Origin: Sphagnum compactum
Lineage: Eukaryota
Length of the DNA stretch: 64,000 nt
Direction of reading: 5' to 3'
NCBI GenBank assembly: GCA_965153455.1
Contig: OZ234493.1
Coordinates: 22,062,213-22,126,212, forward strand
Both the position numbers and the translations under genes were made by a program. Shown here piece by piece: positions 38,001 to 49,452 of this stretch; the first letter of the stretch is position 1, and every line of letters begins with the position of its first letter. Under the pieces are notes generated by a model, which saw only the letters and a program-made list of their open reading frames with translations, was not told where the DNA came from and did no database searches.

Positions 38001-41000
38001 AGACACCCTCACACACATGGTCCCAGTTGCCTCTGCCCACATGTAGACATCTGACAAAAAGAAAATGCACAAAGAAGATAGGGGTATAGTCTTTGCCCTG
38101 ACCAGTAGGTTCTTGATAAACCCCGAAGAAGTCCTTCAGAGCAATATAATTGTGACTTCTCCTGTATTCTTAGTTGATTCCGACATGAATTTGAGGACAT
38201 ACAAGGATATCTTAACATAACAAAAAGAGTTGGAAACTTGATACCATTAAAATCATCCCAAGCTTGCTGTGCAGGCTCCCCTGGGCTAAAACGCCCAAAA
38301 TCTACCACAGAGGTCACACCTCTGGCCAAGGCGAGTTTGCCTGCTGCAATCAGTGCTGCCCTCCGCTCTTCAAGTGATGGTTTAGGAACAAAACGAGTTA
38401 CAAGGCTCATTGCTGTGTCCACAAACACCCCTGTTGGAACTGCAGAAAATACAAGTTGATCATCATCCAAGAGCAAGGGCAGCTAAAAGCTGATATGGCC
38501 TTGCTAAGCACATTACAATGTCTATGTGAACAAATATAGATGTCCTTCCCAGCAGAAAAAGAAGATAATATGATGACAAAGGTGCACCTTGATTGTCCGA
38601 TCACTATGTTTAATCTCACACTTGCAGTAGGATAGTGTACACAGAAAATGTGCACTCTCTTGCTGCTTAAGATGTCAATGTGCAACCAAAAGTCAGTTTC
38701 AAGAAATGTACCCCCATGGATATCCTTCTGGATGGTGCCCCCTTGTGGCTCAGGTGTATCTTGGGTTATGTTAGCCAATTCCATTGCCACAGAGTTTGCC
38801 AAACACATGTGCCAATCTTGTCGACAAACCCACACCTGCAATGGTCAATGCATTCACCAGTTGGCAGTCACAAGTGACAATCTAGTGAATTCCAAGCCTA
38901 GACTCTGCTGCTTGCCTAACAAAGACCATCAGGAAAAATGATAAGTCTACCAGTGTGTGAGCAATCAGCAAATCGTACTTCAAATGTGTTGCCAATAATC
39001 TGTTGCAACAGTTCTTCAATGTCTACTTCTCACTCCAACTGTTGAATCTATTTTTCCTGAAGGACCATAATCTTTCCTCATGGAAACACCTATAGGCTGC
39101 TGTAGTGTAGCTAAAGAGATCATCAGTAATTATCTGATTGCAACATGCAACTTGTTATAACTTACAGGATGGCTCACTGTCGCACTATCGATCCATGAAG
39201 CTTTTGGGAGTTCCCCACCCCAATTCTCATTGTTCCAGTTTGATCCAAGGATCCAGTGTCTGTTCTTGGTGCCTGCAACATCACATTAAAACTCTTTAAG
39301 TTGTCAACACGTCACAGGCAAATCTTTCTAAAAGGAACTTGATTGTGACCATGACATCATGACTGGTGTCTAGATTTTATGGACAAATCTTTCAAAGATG
39401 CTCATAATCATACATCTCTAAACTTCAGACGCTATTCCATGACCGATAGATCTACAATGAAGCCAACATAAGTTTGAGACCTTGTGCAGCAAGCCTGAGC
39501 TTGGCTGTAAATTGAGCACAACTGTGTACACCTCCAAGATCAACATGTCTCATCTGTCATGGCAATCCCACCAAGAAACCGATATCAAAGAGATATGCAG
39601 TTCTCAAGCTCCATACCAGCTCTGACAGACCAGCAACTTTCATTAAGACTAGAAATTACAGATGCAACACAATTCAGTCTCTCACAAGATGTGTTGTCTC
39701 TCCTTACAAGAATATATTGAAGCTACTGTTTTATGACTTCACCTTTCAATGCTAAGCATGAACAGCTGTGCAGTCAGATGACCTTCTGGGCACAGAAGTA
39801 TGATCACTCACAGGTTATGTCTTCTCACATACCATCAGCCCACCAGAAATGAAATGGACATGTGAGTCGATAAATCCTGGTACCACAAATCTGCCACCCA
39901 AATCCACAACCTTTGTTTTTGTGCCGATGACTGCAAACTGTTTCAAAAGAACAAGTCATGGATAAGAGAAACCGTGTCTAATGAGAAAGTCAATCATTTT
40001 TCAAGGGGCTGTATAACAGCAGTGGTCCCTTGTCTACATGGAGAGCATTCGTGGTGATGAACCAGCCATGAGGTTGGTAAATCAGAAACAATGTCAAGCC
40101 TTCAAATTGCAGGTTACTGACCTGAATTTGACTGGAGTTGCCAATCTTGGAAACTTGGCCATGAACAACTGCCATGAATTCTGCCCAGGGTTGCCTAGGG
40201 TTTCCTGTCCAAATTGTAGCATTCACATACACAATATCTGCAGTCTCGTCTTCCTCCCATCGCAAGGCCTTCTTCAGATCTTCCTTCAGGCCCAGATAAG
40301 TATCTGGGTTCAACAACCCTGCACATACAATTTCTAGCAGAATGAATTTGACAACTTTGTTGATTACATCTTCGACATGTCACCTGTGCGAGAAGGTGAA
40401 GTGGCGATGTTTTGCAGAGGGCTGTATGTCTCTGGCAAGTGTGAGTGACATTCATAGCTCAGTAGGTAGCCCACAGCCATAGCAATATGCTTAGGGTTTG
40501 GAGCTGGCCATCTTCTGCTAGAGAAGCTGTCTAGAATTGAGGATTATGTTTGAAGGGGGATAATACGTCCCTCATTTTTGGGTGATGACAGAGCCTGCAA
40601 CATTCGAGCTGTCCATGATCCAAGACTGCCACGAATTCAGCGAGACATGAGAAGGACCTTCATCGCTTCTCAGTAACAAGCTCATGACCCATGAGCACAT
40701 GGTGATATCTATTTTTCTTGAATCGAACGGAGGACATTTTTCTTCCGACACGCTAAACAAATCCCCTAATCCGATTTTTAAATTCTTTTCCTTTAATCTG
40801 GGCTCCTTGCTATATAATTCAGCTCCTTGTGAATAATGTCTCTTAAACAATCAGTTCACCAAAAGCATTTTGCTTTTATCCCCTGCTCTTGTCTTCTTCA
40901 ACCAAATCGGACTTTTTGTCCTTGAAGCCCGAAATCACAAGCTTCCGTATGTAAAGAAAGCAGGAAGAGGCATTCACCTACGGAAACGGACGAAATGACA

Positions 41001-41053
41001 ATCAACACTGGCAGCAGCAGCCCCTGGAGCATGAGCAGGCCGCAGCGACCCAT
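34573..41053 (-). CDS. LAF3: LAF3-like (YtcJ-type, Amidohydro_3) amidohydrolase with N-terminal hydrophobic anchor and a fused C-terminal BioY-like membrane domain; 15 exons
   Basis: ATG at 41053 ([22 protein letters not shown]). Exons encode [85 protein letters not shown] and [32 protein letters not shown]. The last exon (35311-34573) continues in frame for about 190 more residues. Confidence 0.92.
35535..35762. repeat. Diverged ~90-bp direct duplication in the last LAF3 intron
   Basis: catttctggttctc..ttgagaa.tgggagagg..atatgacat..tcttttca.gttg.ggtttctt.aatatt occurs at ~35535 and ~35670. Confidence 0.8.
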
Positions 41054-42019
41054 GGTGAGAAGCCCCACGAAAGATATGTTAAAAGACTGACGGCAGAGTG
41101 CATTCCAATCACTTCTGCAGTCGAACTTCAGATTGCAACTCAGTGGACTTGTTCAAGGAGAAGACAATCTCAATCACAGGCACAAAAAAAAGACCGTAGA
41201 ATTCTTTGCGCGCCAGCGCACTAAGACGTCAGCCTAACCACGGAAAGGCTGCCTAGCAACACACTGCAACAGCGTCTCAGCTCCTCTCACCGGCCCCTGC
41301 TATTGACTAGGTAACTGGCGAGAGAGAGCAGGTTACCGGACATAACCGTTATGTATGAGCGCCTCGAGTGTAGGTTAGGGAAGAGTTATGAGGTTCAGCC
41401 AACTAACAACCAAGAACTTGCAAAAAGATCTTTTTTAGCTTTCAAAATGTCAGAAGGTAGCAAAATATGTAATATAACCAGGGACCTCTTGCCCAATTAG
41501 CGAGCTGTCACGTTATCGAGATGCTCCTTCAAACAATCAGTGCAAAGACTTCCATCTCCATTTGGCCGAACAACTCTCTGGTCATCTCCCTCACTAATTT
41601 GCCCGGGTCTCTCCAACCCAAAGAAGAAGCTTATGTGAATGGAATTGAACTATTTGTAAAAATGTTGAAATTTTCATAAAATAATTTTTATCGAAGAGAA
41701 ATTTTTTTTTGTGAAGGAAAATAGAGAGTCTATGGGAATATTCAAGAATATTTTTTAATTTTTCGACTATGGAATGTTCAAATTTAAAATTAATTATTTG
41801 ACAGACATGTGTTGAAGCTGGCCTTTGTGCTACGCTATGTAAGGTGTCTTCGTGCTCAGAGATTCCCTTGTCTGAGGGCATTAGCCCCACCGTAAGATGC
41901 TGCAAAAAGAATATTTTTCTTCCTCTATGGCCAAGATCTGTTCTCCGAAACGGCGAAAATATGGCTAAAACCAGAGGATGCGAAGATAGCGCGGCGAAAC
42001 CACTGCAATCCGCGCTGCT

Positions 42020-42180
42020 TCCATCTAACGGCTCTTATCCCAGAAGTTGCCGACATCGACGGCTGCTGTCGGCCCTTGAGATTGTGGCTCAGCATCTGGA
42101 TAAGGTCCCCATCCTAGTGGCCGGCCTCTCGAAAAAGAGGCTCCACATCCCATTTAGATGGCCCCCAAATATCCGATGTG
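42020..42180. promoter_or_regulatory. Light-responsive promoter module upstream of Lhca3
   Basis: I-box-like CTTATCC (42034) and GGATAAGG (42098), GATTGTGGCT (reverse AGCCACAATC, SORLIP1 core; 42080), inverted GCCGAC/GTCGGC pair (42049, 42068) and TCTAACGG (42024) cluster ~300-400 bp before the ATG. Confidence 0.55.
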
Positions 42181-42433
42181 TCGTTTTCTGATTGGTCTGA
42201 AAGTTTAGCCTCTGGAATTTGGGCTTCACTTTTTTGGCCTTTGTTTTTGGCATTCAGGAGGAGTTATGGCTATGGTGGTCAATGCTGCATCTGTGTGAGA
42301 AGAGAAGCTCCCTTTCACAGTCTGTTTGACAACTCCGAGCTTCGCAAGCTTGTAGTTTGCGTGTTGCGTTTCTTCGAGAGGGGTGGTGTGGTCGTAACGA
42401 GCTTGATTTTGCAGCTGGAGGATTGATTTAGAG

Positions 42434-44987
42434 ATGGCGGCCGTTGCTGCGACGGTGCAAGTGCAGTCCCTTGGCACAGTCTGTGTGCAGGGCTCGTCAT
42501 CTAGACTGCTGGGAGGCAAGCCTTTGTGCCTTGCTCCACTCCCCTCTGCCTCAACCCGAGGTGTTTCTCTGGTCGTGCGCGCCGGCTCTGGCTTGCCTTC
42601 TCCCACTAAGGTAAACTCCTTTTGCCCCCCGCCCCTGCAACCCGCCCTTCGCTTCTATTTCGATTCTGTTTGGCAGTCTGAATCCAGATGGAATTCTTGA
42701 GAGTGCCAATCTGCGCGATTTCCACATTTTCAGATATTTTTCTCGTAGCTTTAGCTCAAGATTATTGAACTTTGAACCCGAGCACGACCTCAGTTTAGAA
42801 CTAGGTAGAGGTCCCCTGATTTTGGGTCGGGTTTTCGGTTCTTTTCGCTTGTCTTTCTTCAATTTCTCTTCTCAAGTTTGTAGCTACTAAATCTGCTAAT
42901 TGATAGTGAAGTGAGCTTTAGATTAGACCATTGGTGAGCGGTACTAATGGACTTGCCTATTTCTCATTTTGGAGATTTGGTATGCTCGTTTGCCTTTGGC
43001 GGTACGCTGTTTCAAGGAACATTATTCCCGGTTCTCTCGCTTTGGGTTTTCTTGGTAAACTGTTGTTCCATGTTCAGTTCAAGGAGGCTGGATTCTTGGT
43101 ATGGCGGATATTGCAGTTTCCACCTCTCATGATTTGGAGAATTTGTTGTATTTGTTTTTCACACGAAGTTGGAGATTGTTGGCTTGAAGTTGTCTCTCTG
43201 AGTCTATACAGTACAGTAGAGGTGTCTAGTTCTCTGGTTGTGGCGTTCTCTGATTCGCAATTTTGAAAGAATTTCTCATTTGTTTGTGTCAGTTGTGAAG
43301 CCAGGGAATGTTCGCTTCACTGTTGGCTCCGTGTGGTTTCTGGGTGCCTTCTAGTAGCAGATGTGTCCAATTCAGGGTGTAGCAATATATGTTCATTGCA
43401 ACACTGAAGAATCAACATTCCAGATAGCCTGGCAAAGGCTTGCTGTGTTTTCAGGTGTTGGGTATGTCTGTAGGTGGAATGAGTTGTGGGGGTGAAATTG
43501 TCTTGTTACAGGATTCAAACAGGGCATTGATCTTCGCTTCCAAACAGAGTCTCTCTTATCTTGATGGCAGGTACAGATTACCACTTCCTCTTAAGGCCCT
43601 TTTATGTGACACTTCCAAAGATTCCAAAGATATGTATATCATTGTTCCAATTAGGTGGCAAAATCCTCAGATTTGTCTTCTTCGGTAGATTTCCTGACAC
43701 ATAACTTCTTCCTCATGCTAGTCAGTCTTTAAGTAGTTTATGGGTACCCCACTGTAGCCATTTTTGCCAACTTCCACCTCTTCACCATGTGTAAGTCAGA
43801 TTTTTTTTCATTGTCTTGTCCAGTCTCTTGTGTGTCCCTTTTTCAATCTAAGTTATCCTTAGCAAGAAGGTTTCTAGATAATTTTTCTATTTTCAAACAT
43901 GCCTGTTATCTCTGACTTCATGTATCAAGACCAAGACTCAATTATGAGCTGAATTGTTGTGTTCAAAGCTAGAATATCCAGGAGAACACAAAAAGGAAAA
44001 AAACCAATAAGAACCAAACAAAAAAAAGGCAGGAGAGAGGATAAACTTTAACAGGATACGTTTAAGAGAATGATCTTTTCAGGAAAAATTGGCCATTCAG
44101 GATCAAGAAGCCCTTGAAATAAACAATTTTGAAGAATCCAAAAGCAGAAATCTGCTATTTTCCCTCTTTGTGGATGTGTTGTCAGATCTGAAATCTCTTT
44201 GACCTTATGAGTAGGTCATCTCTCAGTTATATTGTGGCTGACTTCTATCATGAGCATTGAGAAGTTCTCAATACTCATGAAGATATGTTCTTGTTCCAAT
44301 TGAAGTGAGACAATGACTATCTTGACATTCTTTAATCTAACAAGCTGTTTTTGCATTTTCAGTTTGCCAGGAGACTATGGTTTTGATCCACTGGGTTTGT
44401 CCGACCCAGATGGTGCTGGAGGTTTCATTGATCCCAGCTGGCTGTCATATGCGGAAATCATCAATGGCCGGTTTGCCATGCTTGGAGCTGCTGGTGCAAT
44501 TGCCCCAGAGATCCTGGGGAAATTAGGATTGATTCCACAAGAGACTGCACTGCCATGGTTCAAGACAGGAGTGATACCACCAGCGGGGACTTATGACTAC
44601 TGGGCAGATCCTTTCACATTATTTGCGTTTGAGATTGCCCTCATGGGATTTGCAGAGCACCGCAGAGCTCAGGATTACTACAAGCCTGGATCCATGGGCA
44701 AACAGTACTTCTTGGGTTTTGAGAAATTCTTGGGAGGCTCTGGAAACCCTGCCTATCCTGGTGGCCCTATCTTCAACCCTTTCGGCTTTGGCAAGAATGA
44801 GAGTGAGCTTAAGGACTTGAAAATCAAAGAGGTGAAGAATGGGCGGCTGGCCATGCTTGCAATTCTGGGCTATTTCATTCAGGCCATATTCACTGGTGTT
44901 GGGCCTTTCCAGAATCTGTTGGATCACCTTGCTGACCCTGTGCACAACAACGTCCTTACCAACTTTAAATTCCCATACTTATACTAG
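42434..44987 (+). CDS. LHCA3: Photosystem I chlorophyll a/b-binding protein 3, chloroplastic; exons 42434-42610, 43512-43570, 44363-44987
   Basis: Transit peptide, then [83 protein letters not shown]. Splice phases are consistent. Confidence 0.97.
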
Positions 44988-45524
44988 TTTTGTGTAATTT
45001 GCTGGAATTTGACGAAATATCTCATGAATGAAGACTGCATGTTCTGACTGTAATGTGTACTGCACCCACCCAAATGTAAATTTCTTCCTATGTCAACACC
45101 CACAATGAATGTCTTATGCCATTTGTATTAATATTTCTTATTTGCTGGACATTGAGTTGCTGTGTGTTGATCGGCAATGCTTACAAGTTACAGTGTGACA
45201 GAATTAGGTGGTCTTCAACCTAGCACAAACTATCGGAAATTTTTACTGAAGACTTATGTTACAGCTACTGTCGACCCAGGATTAGGATTAATACCTACAT
45301 CAAATGTGTTGGGTAGGGTTGATCACCGTAGGTGTGTAGGGGGGATCTTGGTTCTCATGCAACAGGCAGCAGGCAGGAGTACTTGACTGCTGTTTAGTTG
45401 CATCAGGATTAGTCACTTGTCTCCACAAGACATCTGGAAATGTGTCAAGAGAGGCAGGCATTTTGGAAATCTGTTACTGGAAATGTGTCAAAGAGAGACC
45501 TGTGCATTTTGTGAAAAATGTGGA

Positions 45525-46180
45525 GAGTCAGACAGGCTGAAAATGTGTCAAGAGAGCTCCACTCAGCCAGGAAGTCATCAAGAAAATTATCATCTGAGGC
45601 CTGCACAACCTGCAATCAAAACTTGAAAGACAAACAGTCTGGAAACATGTCAAGAGAGCTTTGTTCAGTGAGGAAGTCATCAAGAAAATTATCACCTGAG
45701 GCTTGCACAGCCTGCAATCAAACTTGAAAGGCAATCAAAAATTTGTTGAAAGTCAGACAGTCTGAAAATCTGTCAACAGAGCTTTGCTGAGCCAGGAAGT
45801 CATCAAGAAAATTATCATCTGAGGCCTGCACAACCTGCAATCAAAACTTGAAAGACAAACAGTCTGGAAACATGTCAAGAGAGCTTTGTTCAGTGAGGAA
45901 GTCATCAAGAAAATTATCACCTGAGGCTTGCACAGCTTGCAATCAAACTTGAAAGGCAATCAAAAATTTGTTGAAAGTCAGACAGTCTGAAAATCTGTCA
46001 ACAGAGCTTTGCTGAGCCAGGAAGTCATCAAGAAAATTATCATCTGAGGCTTGCACAACCTGCATTTAAACTTGAAAGGCAATCTCTACTGTCTGAAAAT
46101 GTGTTAAGAGAGCTTTGCTTAGCCAGGAAGTGATCAAGAAAATTATCATCTGAGGCTTGCCCAACATGCAATCAAACTTC
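45525..46180. repeat. Tandem repeat of six ~102-123 bp monomers with a 225-bp higher-order period
   Basis: Anchor gaagt(c/g)atcaagaaaattatca starts at 45571, 45673, 45796, 45898, 46021 and 46127 (spacings 102, 123, 102, 123, 106). Confidence 0.95.
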
Positions 46181-47284
46181 TTCTGCAAAATCTCCTCTGT
46201 GCACGGCCTTTTCCCAGGTGTCGTTCCTTGAATGGCTAGAATATTTCTACGAAACGAATGGATTTTTGTGTATTTTCTATCTTCGCTCAATCTCCAATCC
46301 CTTAGATAGACATGCAGCTCCAGATTCTGTATACGCGCAAAAACCGACTTCTCGAGAATAGAATATAACGTTTTTTTTAGCAAAAACTGCGCAAAATGTC
46401 AAAACTCATGAGAATCTGGACGTCTGGACAACCTGAGGTCGAAAGTCATCCGCCGGCTGGACAAAGAGGGCATGACGAGTGACGGATTTTTCCTTTGGTT
46501 AACTTACCACCAGTTTTCCTTGCATCACCTCTGCGTGGTGCTACCATTGTTGTTCCGTCGCTGGTGTCTACACGAAACTCCGTTCGATTCTGGTTTCGTC
46601 ATCATGATTACTTTGGAGGCAAGGTGTTTGTTGCTCAATTTTTTCCGCTCTTCGGAGTTTTGACGAGAATTGTCGGGACGAGTTGAAGTCTTGTAAGGAA
46701 AGTTGGAAACCTGCGACCAAGTGCAGAAACGAGCCACTCCAAGGTACTCCTCTTCTTTGATCCACCGTTTATCAACCTCATAACACAACTGGTGCACAAG
46801 AAACTTCTAATTTTTTCGGCTTCGTGGATTTGTTCTCTCGAAACATATTTAACAGAGGGCTTGATAAAGGATGCAACGGAATTTGGGACCTGCTCGTGAC
46901 TGATCAGGTATACTGAAGTCATGACCGGGTGCCCAGCACCATCGGATCACTTGTGGCCCTCTCTCCCACATCCTCGTGCACACCCTTTGGTGTGCGTTTT
47001 TGCGAAACTTCAGAGATGAAATTTGTGTTTTTCTTATTACTTCGTTGTTCTAGTGAGCTATTCTACACGTTCATGAAACCCTCTTTCCTACATACGACCT
47101 CGTTGATCTCACGGCTGATCAGTGGAATACTTGGTTCGAATAGTCAATTGTTGAGAAATGCACAGATGCGTTACATTCCGAACTGGTTGCTGAAAAGCGT
47201 TGCATCATGTATTGCGCAAATGCGCATGGATGCAGCTATGGCTTATGTTGATGTTCAGTTTCCGTATCTGTGTAGGCAACAGGC

Positions 47285-49452
47285 ATGGAACAGTTCAGAG
47301 ATCGTGTGAAAGAAGTCGCGATCATTGTTACGGCGGTTCGTGAGGGTGCGACAGTCAGCATGATTAATGGAAAGCAATGTGAGAGTTTGGCAAGTGTGTA
47401 CGACGGGATTGATGGTTATCTTAAATCATTGGTGGAGATGGATGCTGCAAATGACGTACGCTTATTGCCATTGCTGGATGAGATTATTCGTGTCCTTGAG
47501 AGGGGAAAGGTCCTAGTCTTGCAATATGGAAGTGCACAATGGTTCGAACTGGCAGTGACCAGGGGAGATAACCGGGAGGCCTTTAAGGAGATCCATTTGT
47601 TGCTTGAGACTAACATGAAAACATTGCAAAATCACATTTCACCTGACTTATACCGGCCAACGAACTTGTGGTATGACATATCAGACGCAAAACAGAAAAG
47701 ATGGGGAATTGCAAAGGCCGATCATGACAAGATACTGGAAAAATTGCAGATGTTTTATAAGAATTTGCCAACAGCAATTGATAAGCTCAAGGGAACACCC
47801 CAGATGTACAACCTCCCTATCAATATGCTAATAGATTCGCGGGAAGTTAAATGTGGGAAAAAGATTGGAAAGGGGGCTTATGGGTTGGTGCGTGAGGCAT
47901 ACTGGCTTGGATGCAACTTTGCTGTCAAAATCATAAGAACAAGGGATATCGATGCATTGAGGAAAGAGGTGGGGATCCTTGCAGAACTTAGCCATCCACA
48001 CATTGTGCAGCTAGTGGGCTTCTCTAGAGGTGATCCGACTAGCATGATTCTAATGGAGTTAATGGATGGGGATTTGCGTCATCTCCTTAAAGATCGAGTT
48101 AAATCTACTCCACAAACTCCACCATTTCCACCAAAAGTAGCCGTAGACATCATCTCTCAAATTGCAGCAGGCATGGCATACCTACACAAACAGGGAGTTT
48201 TCCATGGAGACCTCAAAGCCTCAAATGTGCTTGTCAACCATCGTGGTTGCCACATTGAAGCTAAGATTGCAGACTTTGGGGTGTCACAAACTGTACAGCT
48301 CACCAAGCGTTTTGATACAAGCAAACATAATGATGGAGATATTGCTTCAGGCTCTTCTGTTTATTCAAATTCATCATTTTCTGGAATCGTTGGGACAACT
48401 GGTTGGAGGGCACCAGAGGTGTCTGATATCCAAGTGAGTATCTAGAAATCTAATTCATAGTCAATTGTTCTGGGGAAGGGATTTGGGGGTCGCAAACTAA
48501 GGTTGAAGTTTCTAGACATGAGAAAAAGTTTCTTTCAAAATGAAAGATTCTGATTCTATTGAATCCAAAATGTGATTGAGAGCCTCTTCCCTTCTATAGA
48601 TGTGCCTAATTTCCTTTCAAGCAAATGGAATGTCAAGGTTATTTCAACCAATGCTGCTTCATTTTGGTAATAAGTACTAACCTCAGCGCAGGGCCTATTC
48701 CATTTCGTGAAATCCTTTGCATAGGGTGGGCCCATATGGCAGGACCTCCCACCTGCGCAGGCTCACCTCACTTATTACACTGGGTAATGCCCTGGCAACA
48801 GGGCATTACCCTACACCTTATACTGGCTCAGCTTGTATTTGGATGAGGTGTTTGCAAGTGGCCTTTCATACAAAGACATTCTTGATGGATAGGAGTAGAA
48901 TCATATTGATTGTATTGATCTGTAACAGGATGATTATCTTGTTGACCACCCAGACCATAACAGTAGTTTTATGATAGATCAGATCCATTGTTGTTCGTAA
49001 ACAAGGGCTAATCCTATTTTGTTTAGCTTTGCAACTCAGATTGAACAATGCAACATCTCATGTTGGGTGTTTTCTTGGGTCAATTGTGTTCATGCTAGAC
49101 AAAAGAAGGGGAGACGTCGTCGATAAAACCAACATATACAGGAAAAGCAGATGTATTCAGCTTTGCAATGACTTGTTATGAAGTGGTCTCAGGGAAACTT
49201 CCATATAGCAGTGACATACCACGACAGTCAATCAATGAAATGGTCAGGGAAGGTGTGAGGCCTGAATTGCCTGAAGATATAAACACAAGGTTATCCAGCC
49301 TCATCCAGAAGTGTTGGCAAACTGAAGCTCCAGAGAGGCCTACATTTGAAGAGATTTGCTCCGATCTACAAGAGATGAAGGCCTTGGAAACTCAAGCTCA
49401 AGGGAGGCAGAAATTTCAAAAGAGGAAGGAAAGTAGGTGTACTATCAGCTAA
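47285..49452 (+). CDS. Ser/Thr(Tyr)-like (TKL-type) protein kinase with N-terminal MLKL-NTD-like helical domain; exons ~47285-48418 and ~49099-49452
   Basis: N-terminal amphipathic region with INGKQCESLA; kinase motifs GKGAYG, AVK, HGDLKASN, DFG, GTTGWRAPE, then YTGKADVFSFAMTCYE..CWQTEAPERPTF. Donor GT at 48419, acceptor AG before 49099; an intervening micro-exon is not excluded. Confidence 0.88.

Noticed and set aside
45518-45959. CxxC repeat ORFs as an intact metal-binding protein gene
   Set aside because: Stops recur within each 225-bp period in the frames examined on both strands, and no supported splice structure was found.
46525-46797. Antisense ORF (KEEEYLGVA..YKTST) also present at 62828-63064
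   Set aside because: The similarity is explained by the duplicated upstream region. By hand count, synonymous changes are not clearly in excess, and frameshifting indels flank the block.
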